This document shows, piece by piece, positions 52,400 to 64,000 of a stretch of DNA of 64,000 bases (the first letter of the stretch is position 1; the number at the start of each line of letters is the position of its first letter). Both the position numbers and the translations under genes were made by a program. A model generated the notes under the pieces. That model was not told the DNA's origin. It made no database searches and saw only the letters and a list, made by a program, of their open reading frames with translations. Source of the DNA: Octopus vulgaris (taxonomy: Eukaryota); NCBI GenBank assembly GCA_951406725.2, contig OX597815.1:57660001-57724000 (forward strand). The letters are read 5' to 3'.

Positions 52400-55300
52400 C
52401 TAATTTTTCATCATTTAGCATCCATATTCCATACTGGCATGGAATGAATGATTTGAGAGAATCCAACAGGTTAGAATATTGCATCAAACTCCATTGTCCG
52501 TTATGGCATGGTTTCTATGGCTGGATGTCCTTCCTAATGCCAACACTTGGTGCTGTTTACAGTGTACTTGGTGCTATTTACATTTCACCAGAACTGGTAA
52601 GGTCACCAAGTAACTTGCAAGATATGACTTCCTCAACTGATCAATGTTTAGTATTTAGGGAGGTGACTTATTTTAGGTGTTGAGAGGCAAAAGTATGATT
52701 GAGGGATAGGAACAGGTGTTTTGTTGTAGAGAAGATGGAAAAGAAGAGAAGTGGTGGTGGTGGTGGTATGAAGTACCCTCAAGGTACAAGAGGGTGAATA
52801 TGAGAAGGATGGGGAAAGAACAACAGGTGAGGGGTATAGGGGTAAAAGATCGGATAAGTTTGCAAGAGTATGAGTAAGTGACAAGTAGTTAGAGATAGGG
52901 AATATTGGGATATAGTTAATGCAATGAATGACAAACAGAGAATAGAACATGGTCAATGGGAATATCAATTTGGAGGAAGTGAAGGAAATAGGAGTGGGAC
53001 AGGGAGGACGAATAAGTGACAGTACAGAGGGGTGAGAGGGATGAGCAGTGTGAGGAGTGGGGAGAGATGGAAGGGTGCTCAGTGACAAGGGCAGAGATCT
53101 AAGGTATGTAAGAGTGAATGTAATGCAAGAGAGTTATTGGGTGAGGAGTGGGGTGATGGCTGATATAAGATGGTGTTCAATAGTAGTATAGCATAATATT
53201 GAAAATGCAAGGTGGGTAACATGAGAAGGTAGCTCCCAGAGAAAAAGTATGGTAAATGAAATATGTGCATCTCTGCTGGTAAGCTAGTGTTGTAGCTAGA
53301 AGAGGGATGGGTGTTGGTAAGATGGGTTGTGGGGCCAACTTGAATGTAAGGGCATACAGAAAGTGATAGGCTTTTAGGATCACATTTTTGCCTGAATAAC
53401 CAGTTCTTCTCAGGCATAACAAATCACCAGTCACCCTAGTCCTTGTCATTTCCTCCTTCAGGCTCAACACATTAAGGTTTTTTTCATCACATCATCATAT
53501 GATGTCTTGGATCTCCCTCTTTCAAAGGTCTTATCCACATTTAGTGATTGGCATTTCTGTATGCAGCTGTCTTCATCTACGAGGGGCGTTCAATAAGTAA
53601 TGCCTCTGACCCACTTGCAGTTGTTTGATCTAGCTGAAATTTTGCATGTGCAATTATCTATATCTCTATAGATTAAGTGGTAAATTACAGCTCTGAACTA
53701 ATTGTGGTTTCTGATTTACAGGTGTTTGAACTGAGTCAAGTGTGAAATGGAGCCTGTTGAGTGTCGGGCAGTGATTCGCATTTTATATTTGAAAGGATGC
53801 ACACCACGGGAGACTTTTGATGAAATGAAAGTAACTTATGGTGATGATGCCCCATCATATGACCTTGTAAAACGCTGGCATTGTGAATTCAAACATGGTC
53901 GGAACTCTGTGGAAACAGTTCCCAGATCTGGTCGCCCCTTACTGCTATTGATGAGGCATCTGTCCATCAAGTTGAGGCTGCCATTTTGGAAGATCGACGC
54001 ATAACTATTCGGCAAATAGCCCATGAGGTCAAGATTAGTACCAGGTCTGTGGAAACCAATCATTCATGACCATTTGCATATGCAAAAGGTGTCTGCCAGA
54101 TGGATTCCCAGGTTGCTCACACCTTTCCGGAAGCAAGAATGCGTCGAGTGCTCGAGGATGAATTTGGAGATGTGCCAAGAAGATGAGTCAACATTTTTCA
54201 AAAGACTGATTACACAGGATGAAACCTGGGTCCATCACTATGATCCAGAGTCAAAAGCCCAGTCAATGCAGTGGAAGCACCGTGACTCACCTCCTCCAAA
54301 GAAGGCAAGGGTGCAGCCCTCCACTAGCAAGGTCATGCTCATAGTCTTCTGGGACCAGGACGGAGTAGTGATGACAGATTTCCTGGCAAAGGGTACCACA
54401 ATTACAGGAGCTTATTATGCTTCACTTTTGATGAAATTAAGAGAAGCTATCAAAATCAAGAGGCAGGGCAAGATCAGCAAAGGCATCCTCCTCCTGCAGG
54501 ACAACGCTCCGGTCCACAACTCGATGGTCGCCAGATCAGAAGCACAGGCATGCGGCTATGAACTCCTCCCCCATGTCCCTACTCTCTTGACCTTGCACCC
54601 TCAGATTTTCACCTCTTCCCAGCCATGAAGTTGTTTTTGAAAGGAAAGCGTTTCCCAGATGATGCAGCCTTGATTTCTGACGTCACGTTGTGATTGGAGG
54701 ACCAAGCTGGGGGTCTTCTACAAAAACGGTCTCCAGAGCTGCATCAAACGATGGTAGAAATGCGTAACTCTGGGTGGTTTCTATGTAGAAAAAGACTAAT
54801 AACTGTGCCAAGTTTCATTGCTCTACTGCTATGGGAAGTGGGTCAGGGGCATTACTTATTGAACGCCCCTCGTATATGCATCACATAACTATTCCAGTGC
54901 AGTCATTTCTCTTGCACCATACACCTGATACCCCTTAAGCCTAGTTTTTTCTCTCAATACATTTGCATTTTGTTGTGTATGCACACTGGCATAGCACATA
55001 CTAACTTCATTCTTTTCTAACCTTTGCATATCCTCTGCATTTAGGGCCCATATTTCACTACCATGTATCATCAATGTTCATATGCAAGTACTGTACAATA
55101 TGCCGTTCACTGAGTGAGAAGCCATTTGTTACCAACAGAAGCAATAGCTCTCTGAATATTCTACATCCTATGTTTTCAGAACATCCTCCTCCACTGATGA
55201 TTAGGTCACCTGCATAACAGAAAGTATCTACTATTTCTAGTGAACCTCCTGGGCATTTAAGAAAATCTGTCCCATGTGTTCTATGTTTATTGTTCCTGTG

Positions 55301-55530
55301 CATGTCTCAGATAAAGTCCACTCTCTCTTTCCATTAACCTTCCTGTGATACCACTGCACCATTTATGTATCCATAGTTTGCGCTGTATACAGTGAATGGA
55401 ATTTCTTCCTACTCTTTTTCTACATATTAAGCAGAGCCATTTTCCTGATGGTTGTAGCATCCTGTCTGTCTTTGTCTTAGGTCTTTGCTAAGTTAACTTT
55501 AAGACCCTTTGATTCCATGTCTTGCTTTCA
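52400..55530 (-). mobile_element. RTE LINE 3' relic interrupted by the mariner
   Basis: HGSEIWALNAEDMQRLEKNE and LEIVDTFCY.GDLI.SGGGCSE; RTE sequence on both sides of the mariner; purine-rich stretch and RTE-type tail to ~52400. Confidence 0.7.
53580..54872 (+). mobile_element. Full-length mariner (1293 bp), transposase 53747-54799 frameshifted
   Basis: TA TSDs at 53578-79 and 54873-74; 37-bp TIR CGAGGGGCGTTCAATAAGTAATGCC(T/C)CTGACCCACTT with one mismatch; WIPRLL, DETWVHHY, LQDNAP, YSLDLAPSDFHLF. Confidence 0.95.
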
Positions 55531-57438
55531 CAACAAATTATATATAAATAAAAAGTTTTAGAGTAATTAACATAAGCCTTTTTAAACAGAAATATTCAAG
55601 TTTTTAAGCAATTTTAAGTTATAGCTTTATTAGGAAAAGGAGCCTGATCTGTTTCTTTTTATTATTCTGAAAGCAATATATTCATTCTAAAGTTTTTGCT
55701 CATTGGATAGCCCATTATATTCAAGTAAGAAAGATAGATAAGTTTCTAAACTTCTATTCTTTAAGTATGTAATATAAATGCTCCTTCCTTTCTCTGTGGG
55801 CAAGTATCTAGCTTATACATAAAAGTATAATTTAAAATATAAATAATAATTCCAGTATGTATTTCTCATTAATATTAAATAATTATCCAGTATGTTTTCA
55901 TGTATTTTCCATTAATTTTAAATCTCTGTAAATTTTTGCTCTTTGAGGCATTAGTGTAAGTCTTTTGAATATAGAAATATTGAAATTTTCAAATAATTTT
56001 AAGTAATAGTTTCATAAAAGAGAAAAGTACAATCTGTGTCTTACTAACCCTTTCTCAAACCAACCCATTTTCACCACTTCTGTTCCTTATTACATAATAT
56101 GCTCCCCTGACAGCTGTCTCTGCATTTATGTATAGGTATGATGTATGGGTATACTTCTTTCTGTCAATTCATTGACAGATCTGTCTCTATTCTGCAAGTG
56201 GTGTATTCACTTTAGTGTTTCTCCTCATAGGATAACTTATTTATATGCAAGAAAAACAGATGCTTGCAAATATGAAGTCCTTTCCTGATGTACAACCCAA
56301 CATAGGTTAGTGATTAGTGATTTCAGATTTAGTGCTAGAAGGACTCAGAAACACAGACCAGTTTGAAAAAAAAAAGATACTGAAGCTTAAAGATCCATTG
56401 AACAATCAGAAATTTAGGTGAGAACTAGCTGAAGCATCTGATGAAAATGAGAATAGAGATGTTATGAGGGTCACATTCACTTCTATTATACCTCTAATTA
56501 CCTCCATCTCAATCACTATATATATCTCAGTCATACTCTTGTAACCTTTACTTACTTACACCATCCATTATTTCTTATCTCTCATTTTTCTTCTATGCAC
56601 TGTATCATTCTGCAGCTCTTCACTCTTTCTGTACTGTCAGCTGTCACTTCTTCTCTTCTAAGTATTTCCTATTGACATGCTTTCCTTATTCTTTTTACCT
56701 TCTCTGCAACTCACATATTCATCACAAACTACTCATCCACTCTTGTTCACCATTCGCTATATTCACTTCTACACTCATCTGTAATCATCTCTCAGGCTCT
56801 CCTCACATTCTTGCAACCTTTATGCACCCACCCTTCCTAATCTTCTGTCCCCACACTTTCTTCATCTTCTTGTTCCATGCTTTGATGCTTGTCATTACCA
56901 TATTTAGCTTTCTTTCCAGCTGCACTCCAATTACTCCCATACACTCTTGTATAATGCAGAGTAGCTATGTATCTCCACTACATCATCTCTGCTTCTATGC
57001 TTTGAACTCTCAACACCTGGCATAAATTGACTTCAATCTTTACTATACTCCCACTCATTTGAATGGCTCTTTAGTCTTGCAAGTTATATGGCAACATCAC
57101 ATGTACTGGTACAATGTGACCATGCCCAGTACATTCTGTAAAGTACTTGGTGTTAAGATTTTCATTCAATTGTAGAAGCCATACCAAAGCTAAGATAATG
57201 GAGTGTGATGTGGTCCTTTGACCCATTAGATCCTATTAAACTATCTAGCCTGTACCAGCATGGAGAGCAGATATGAAATGATGACAACAACGAGCTACAT
57301 GTTAGAATGGCTGAAACTGAGTAGACAACTGGCATGAAAATAATTTTCCAAAAATGTTATTGTAATATGGGCAATTAAAAATAAAATTATATCCATCTGA
57401 GCTCTTTCATCATTTTTTTTTCTTCTGGTATATTTCAG

Positions 57439-57581
57439 GTAATCAGGTACAAACCAGTTGCTAAACCTGCTAAAGGAAAGCGTCAGTGCAACTGTCGAAT
57501 GGAAATGGTTACAACACAATTAGGGCCTGGTCGCTTCCAAATGGTACAGCAACATGTGTGTGATGAATGCCCCAATATCAA
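57439..57581 (+). CDS. DNAJB11: DNAJB11 coding exon 5 (Cys-rich region); gene continues beyond the window
   Basis: tttcag|GTA...AA|gtaag, 143 bp. [48 protein letters not shown] contains the ERdj3-diagnostic CNC...QLGPGRFQM...CDEC. Confidence 0.97.
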
Positions 57582-59192
57582 GTAAGAAGTTTTTCTTGTT
57601 TAATCTCCAGGTTATTCCTCATCCAACAGATTCACAATCAAATATGTTCCAGCTTTGATTATCTTTTGTTTTTGTTTTTTCAACCATATATTTTGCCTTC
57701 CTTCTTTATTTTTGAAGACAGTTGAGTATGAGTCAGAGATTTAGCTGCTATTTATACCAGATTAAAGCAACTGTGTGTAGACTTATAATTGCTATTTTTA
57801 TCCTTTACTTTTTACTTATTTCAGTCATTAGACTGCAGCCATAGAATCAGATGTGTCATACAGAGACAATTTACAAACAGTAGTTGGTAATTTGTTACCC
57901 AGGCAACTTAATACTGGTGGTGGTTTTAGGAAACCAGTATCAGCTAGGTTTATAAAAACAAGTAGATTAACTAATATCAAATAATCTCTCTCACTCTCTC
58001 TCTCTCTCTCTCTCAAAAGTAGACTGAATAACGTATAAGACATAGTTAAGTTGACATAAGCTTCAATGTAAATTTATTGAAACTGGAAAGCAATGAGTTG
58101 AGTATAATGTGATAGGATATACATCATTAAGAGGTATGAAAAGTTGAGTGTAATTTTATTTTTATTATATAGGTATGGAGAGTGGGCAGTACCCACAGCC
58201 CCTACAGGCTCTCCTAAACAAATAACATCTCATAACAAAATCTTAATTTTTTTTTTTTTGTCTTTGTTCGGTAAGTGTTATTTCCTATTTGTTTCTGTCT
58301 AGAAATCAATGGAAATGACTATTATTTTCTTCAAATTTTGCTTTTGTGACCTGGACATCAATGTTTTGAAACTGACCTTTTCTCCATTACATTACAGACA
58401 GATTCAGTGCTGAGTTACTGAAGCAGAAATATCATTAGAGCAAATATTCTGCTCAATACCACAGATTTGCTTGTCAGTTGCTTGGCTGTAACCACTCGAG
58501 CATGTCCCTTCTTAGTGGCTGACAATTTCTGAGCATGTGTAGTGGGAGAGCATCATAGCCAGGGATTCTTTAGAGTTTGGGTAAATATAGCTAAAACAAA
58601 ATTTAATGGAACTGTCAACCATTTTTCATCCTTTCTAGGGGTAAGCAAATAGGAAATAACAGTTGTTACCCAAGGACAAAAATTATTATATTGCAAATTG
58701 ATGACTGCAGGAAAGTCATGTGTAGGAAAGAAATTCCAGAAGGATGACATTTGAGTGAGGAAGGACTGGAAATATTGATTTGGAGCCTGGGAGATTGGAC
58801 ACAACATGGGTTATGAGATTAGGAAAATAAGTCAAAAATACCTGAGTAGGGATAGCACAAGAGTGGCTAGCTCTCAGGATCAGAGGCCATTGGAATATTG
58901 TAGAAACTGACAGTAAGAGAAGACTGCACGATTGTAGGCTAGAGGCTGTGACATATCTGTGATTGATTTTCTTGAATGGTCTTTCTTTAAATGCAGTCGA
59001 GGTTGTCTGTTTATGTAGCAGCATCCTAAATGTGTAGAGTAGTACTCCTTTGTGCAGTGTTAATTGTTGTTGTTGGCAGCTGAAGTAATATCTGATAAAA
59101 TAGTGTGCAAGTAATCATAAAATGTTAAGTGCAAGTAATCTGAAGAAGTATCTACCATGAATGCTGGACAGTTAACTGATTAAATTGGTATG

Positions 59193-62100
59193 TGTTGTGC
59201 GTGTAGTTTGTTGTATTGGGAAAGACAACCAGTTGAAAACCATTGTTATTAATTAACGTGTTTATTGACGTTGCTTGATTACACGGACGACGTTAGCGTA
59301 GTGATACATTGTTTACTTAACACACAGTTTGTATTGTTCACTAACAAATAGTGCCAAGAGTAGGGAGTAGTTTGGCAAACGCAAACACACAGATATGAAT
59401 GTGTAACATCCCTTCTTCTTGAAAAAAAAGTAAGGGGTTTCTTGGCAGTGAAGACAATTATGAGTTGTCTCCCTTGCTCTATGGATTGTCATCATGTCTT
59501 TTCTTTAGCGGTATCGAACCGGTGGCAGAATGTTCTTTCTCCATCTGGTGGATCTTCTGCTTCGCACCGGTGTCTGAGGTGTGTTGTACACGTTTCCCTC
59601 GGCAGCTCTGGTGTTGGCGGACGTGGGCCCTTTTGCGTCTCAGCTGCCTACCAGATTCTGTTTCTATTATATTTGATCTTGGAGTTTCAGCTCTATTGAC
59701 AACCTTTGCTGGGATCCCATGTTTTAGTTATGGGATCTTGAGTATGCACATGTTGTCCTCCAAGCATCTCAGGTAAATATTGTGCATGTTTGTTGTAATG
59801 CCCCTGTGCTTGTTCTTGAGTGGCTACTAGCTTGGCCCTTGTTTTTTTCTGGTCAATAGGTGGTTGGATCTTAGTTGGCAGGGTAGTTTTATACTTCCTG
59901 CCATTCAGCAATTCTGCTGGGGATTTCATGTCAGCTCTCAGTGGTGTCGCTCGTAGGGACAGAAGTGCCAGGTGTGGGTCTTCCTTAGTCTCTCGGCATT
60001 TGACTAGTGTTCTCTTCACTGTCTGCACCTGTCTTTCTATAAACCCATGACCTTTGGGGTAGTGTGGAGATGAAGTTGTGATATTGAACCCATACTCTTC
60101 AGCTAGCTTTTTGAATTCTTGTGACGTGAACTGGGTTCCATTGTCACATATGATCTGCTCTGGTATTCCTTGCTCTGCTAGGAGTCCTCGGGCCACTGTA
60201 GTGATTGTTTTGGCTGTCAGGTCTTTCACTTTTCTCACAAATGGAAATTTGGAGTAGTAGCAGGCCATTATTAAATACCATTCTTGGCCTTCTGTGAATA
60301 GATCTACTCCAATAGTTTGCCATGGCCTTCTTGGGATATCACTAGCTATCATTTCCTCCTTTTGTTGTGAGGTTCTGTACTTTTGGCAGATGCGGCATGT
60401 AGAAACTGTCTTTTCTATGTCTTTGTACATGCCTACCCAATATACTGCTGACTTGGCTCGGAGCTTGCACTTTTCCATCCCTAGATGCCCTTGGTGGATC
60501 CTGTCAAGAATCTCTTCTTGCATTGACTTGGGTATAATCATTCGGGATCCAGCCATCAGGATCCCATTCTCCACTGATATATCATCATGGATGGCCCAAT
60601 ATTCACGAATCAGGGGTTGCACCTGATGTCTCTTTTCTGGCCACCCCTGAATCACCATCTGAGTAAGGAGCTGAAGTTCTTCATCTTTGATTTCCGCTAT
60701 CTTTGTGGTTGTCACATTTATAATGTGGTGCACCTTTATGCTCAGTCCTTCCATCTCCTGTTTATCATGTGAGGATAGTCTGGAAAGAGCATCCGCCAAT
60801 ATCATTTCTTTTCCTGGCTTGTACCCGATATCATAGTCATATGTTTGAAGCCTTAGCAGTAATCTTTGCAGTTTGGCTGGTGCTTTCATGAGGTTTTTCT
60901 TATGTATTTGCTCTAGCGGCCGATGGTCTGTTTCTATATTGAAGTGCCTGCCATACAGGTATGTATGGAACTTTTCGCATCCATATACTACTGCCAGGAG
61001 TTCCCTTTCAATATTCGCGTACCTTGTCTCTGTGGGTGAGAGAGCTTTCGAGGCAAATGCAATGGGTTTACCTTCCTGTATCAGTGCTGCGCCAATTCCT
61101 CTCATAGAAGCATCGACTTGAAGTGTTGCTGGTTTCCGTCTGTCATAGTATTGCAGAGTTGTCTCCTTACTGATGAGCTTTTTGATTGTGTTGAAATCCT
61201 GTGTGTGTGAAGCACACCAATCAAACTCTACGTCATCTCTGTTTAGCTCTCGGAGATTTGCAGTGTGATCGGCCAGCTTGGGTATGAAGGCTCCCATGTA
61301 GTTGATGAGTCCTAGGAAGCTCCTGAGTTCCTTCCTGTCTTTAGGATCTTTAATATCTCTGATGGCTTCCACTTTAGCGGGGTCTGGCTTAACTCCCTCT
61401 GCAGAGTATATAATTCCAAAGAATTTGCACTCCTTTTCTTTTATTACACACTCGTCTGCATTGAGTTTGATGCCTGCTTGTCAGGTTTTCTCCATAGCTT
61501 CATGTAAATTGAAGTCATGTGTGGTCTCATCCTTGCCATGCACTTGGATGTCATCTGCTATTCCAATTGCTCCCTTGCAGCCTTGGTATGTCTCATCTAT
61601 TTGGCGCTGGAAAACATCTTGGCTCACCTTCAATCCAAATAGGAGTTGGTTGAACCGATATCTGCCAAATGGTGTGTTGAAGGTAGTGAGCATGGATAAC
61701 TCTTTGTCTATTTTTATATTCCAGTACCCATTGCTGGCATCCAGTTTGCTGAATATTTTGGATCCAGCCAATGATGGTGTGATTTCTTCAAGGGTTGGAA
61801 TTGGATGGTACTCCCTTTTAATGCCTTGTTCAAATCCCTTGGGTCGAGGCATATCCGTAGGGTTCCATTGGGTTTTTCCTTGATCACAATTGAATTCTCC
61901 CAGTCTGTTGGTCGTGTCACTTTGGTGATTATTTCCTTTTTTTCCATTTTGTCCAACTCTGTCTTCAGCTTCTCTTTTAGTTCTAGAGGGACGCGGTGAG
62001 GTGGGTGGACAATTGGTTTGATATTGGGGTCGACTGTTATATGATATCGACATTTCACAAAGCACCCGACTGTGTCATCAAAGCATTCAGGGTACATGCT

Positions 62101-63780
62101 TATCAGTTCCTCTTTGTTTGTGATTTGTGGTCGATCTTTGATAGGCATATCACTGTCAATCCTGCTTGGAGCTGCTTTCACTTCAGCATTGATTGATACA
62201 ATCTTTAGCTTTTTGCAGGTATTGAGTCCAAGAATAGCTGGCCCTTCTGTTCTTGTGACATAAAAAGAACACTTGATCAATTTTCCTTTGTGTGTCCCTG
62301 CGATAGTTGTTTTACCCAGTTGTGGAATCCTGGTTCCTCCATACGCAGTGAGGATTACATCACTTGGTGTGAGGATTCCTTGTTTGACTTTATCCTCTTT
62401 TGTTATGTGTTCTGGGAACATCTTTTTGTAGAGGTTGACAGGTAAGATATTACTCTGGGCCCCAGTGTCTATCTTCAGCCTTAAGTCTATGTTTGTTCTT
62501 TTCCTTCCGGCCTTCTTTTCGATTCTTATTGTCGTGTATGCCTCATCTTCTTTCTTCCGGTCGTCCTTTCTCATCTCATGCACATTTATTATGCCGATTG
62601 CCAAGCATTCCTCCTCTGAGGTGCTTTGTCCCTGTTGTTGTTCATGTATATCCCTTCTATTTCTGCTCCTCTTTGAAAATTGGGGCTTGTATCTCTGGGA
62701 TTTTGTTACCCTACACATTTTTTTCCAGTAGTTCAGTTTTCCACATCCTTTGCAGTGTGTACCGAATGCAGGACATTTTTTCCGGTTATTAAATTCATGC
62801 TCTGTACCACAGTACTGGCATGTTCTTTGTTTGTGGGTTTGCGTCCTGTGCCTTGATACAGTATCTACACTGCTACCTAGTGGGCTTGTTTGCAAGTTAA
62901 GTGAGGCCATCTGTTTGGTAGTGGCTTCAAATGCTCTTGCAGTGTCTACTGCTTCTACCAACTGGAGAGCGTCCTTACCTATTAGCGATTTTTGCACTTC
63001 TTTGTGGGCACACCCCCATATTAATTGGTCTACAATTCTCTCCTCCCTGTCTTTGAATTTGCATTTCTCTGCAACATTTTTCAGTCTTGACAGGAAATTG
63101 TCTATTGTTTCTTGTGGGGCTTGCTTCAGGCCCTGGAATTCATATCTCTGAATTCTGTGGTTTGACCTGGGCTCTAGGTGCCTCTCAAATTTCTCAAGAA
63201 GTGTATCTGGGTTATTGCAGTCGAACTCTAATATATCCCAGCTATTGTATAGGTCTATTCCTTTATTGCCTGACCATAAAAGGATATAACTTACCTTTTC
63301 ATCGTCAGTTGTGCCTTTCAGGAAACTTTTGAAAGCTAGTTGAGCTTTTTGTTTGAATTTTTTAAATTCTTCAATGACATCACTGGAATCCCAATTCATA
63401 ATTGGATGTAGATTCATCTGTACGGCGACGGGGGTCGCCATCTTGGATTCTTTGTTTATGTTGTCCGAAGCGTAGCGATGTTTTGTTTGCTAATTCCACG
63501 TTCGTTGTGTTCCTGTTTTGTTTTAAAAGCACAATTCCGGATTAACTGTTTACCGCTGCCACCATGTTGTGCGTGTAGTTTGTTGTATTGGGAAAGACAA
63601 CCAGTTGAAAACCATTGTTATTATTTAACGTGTTTATTGACGTTGCTTGATTACACGGACAACGTTAGCGTAGTGATACATTGTTTACTTAACACACAGT
63701 TTGTATTGTTCACTAACAAATAGTGCCAAGAGTAGGGAGTAGTTTGGCAAACGCAAACACACAGATATGAATGTGTAACA
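59193..63780 (-). mobile_element. Full-length Ty3/gypsy LTR retrotransposon (Mag-like) in DNAJB11 intron 5, antisense to the gene
   Basis: 216-bp LTRs 59193-59408 and 63565-63780 (TG...CA, 2 differences seen); TSD GTATG; PBS TGGTGGCAGCGGT (tRNA-Leu, 63552-63564); PPT AAGAAGAAGGGA (59409-59420); order gag-PR-RT-RNase H-IN. Confidence 0.97.
59500..63441 (-). pseudogene. gag-pol polyprotein of the Mag-like element, disabled
   Basis: Two Cys-His knuckles (second has Y for H), KIDTGAQ, IADDI, VDAS...GA.L.Q, HHCC and DDE integrase. Frameshift near 61820, in-frame TGA at 61481-61483, probable frameshift near 59712. 3' end approximate. Confidence 0.9.
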
Positions 63781-64000
63781 GTATGAATGATGAGGCTTTG
63801 ATTATCAAAAAGATTTGGGATTTTAAAAATCTAACTAACCTGTCTGTCAATGTCTTCTGTCTTTCTTTCTCTCCATAATAGAGCACATTAAATTTAGTGT
63901 CTAGTCCATACAGTAATAATATAGTACTGGTTTGTTCAGTAGTTCAAGACCCATTTTCCATGCTAACATTGGTTAGACGAGATAGTTACTTAAGGCAAGA

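Noticed and set aside
52648-53470. Pro/Ser/Leu-rich ORFs over purine- or pyrimidine-skewed tracts (also 1782-2130, 48074-48469, 56672-57025)
   Set aside because: Low-complexity tracts, mostly adjoining RTE tails; open only through compositional bias.

Overview
AT-rich animal genomic DNA packed with (TA)n/(CA)n/(GA)n microsatellites and nested transposons. The repeat complement is consistent with a cephalopod (Octopus-like) genome, but that is inference. One host gene is clearly supported and is missed by the ORF track: the first five coding exons of DNAJB11/ERdj3 on the + strand (19476-57581). The exons splice in frame at GT-AG sites, intron 1 is about 27.7 kb, and the gene continues past the window. 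The rest is mobile DNA: a young full-length Mag-type Ty3/gypsy element, a truncated CsRN1-type gypsy element with an intact -1 frameshift signal, a full-length mariner, a Chapaev3 element inside a piggyBac relic, a Tx1/L1-type LINE, many RTE LINE pieces, hAT relics, several Helitrons including a head-to-tail stack, and several Penelope-like elements (PLEs). The most unusual signals are RNA-structural and lie in DNAJB11 intron 1: one canonical hammerhead ribozyme, two unrelated hammerhead-shaped motifs with a non-canonical 8-nt core, a ~640-bp inverted repeat, and a predicted frameshift pseudoknot. All calls were made by eye; boundaries of degraded relics are approximate.
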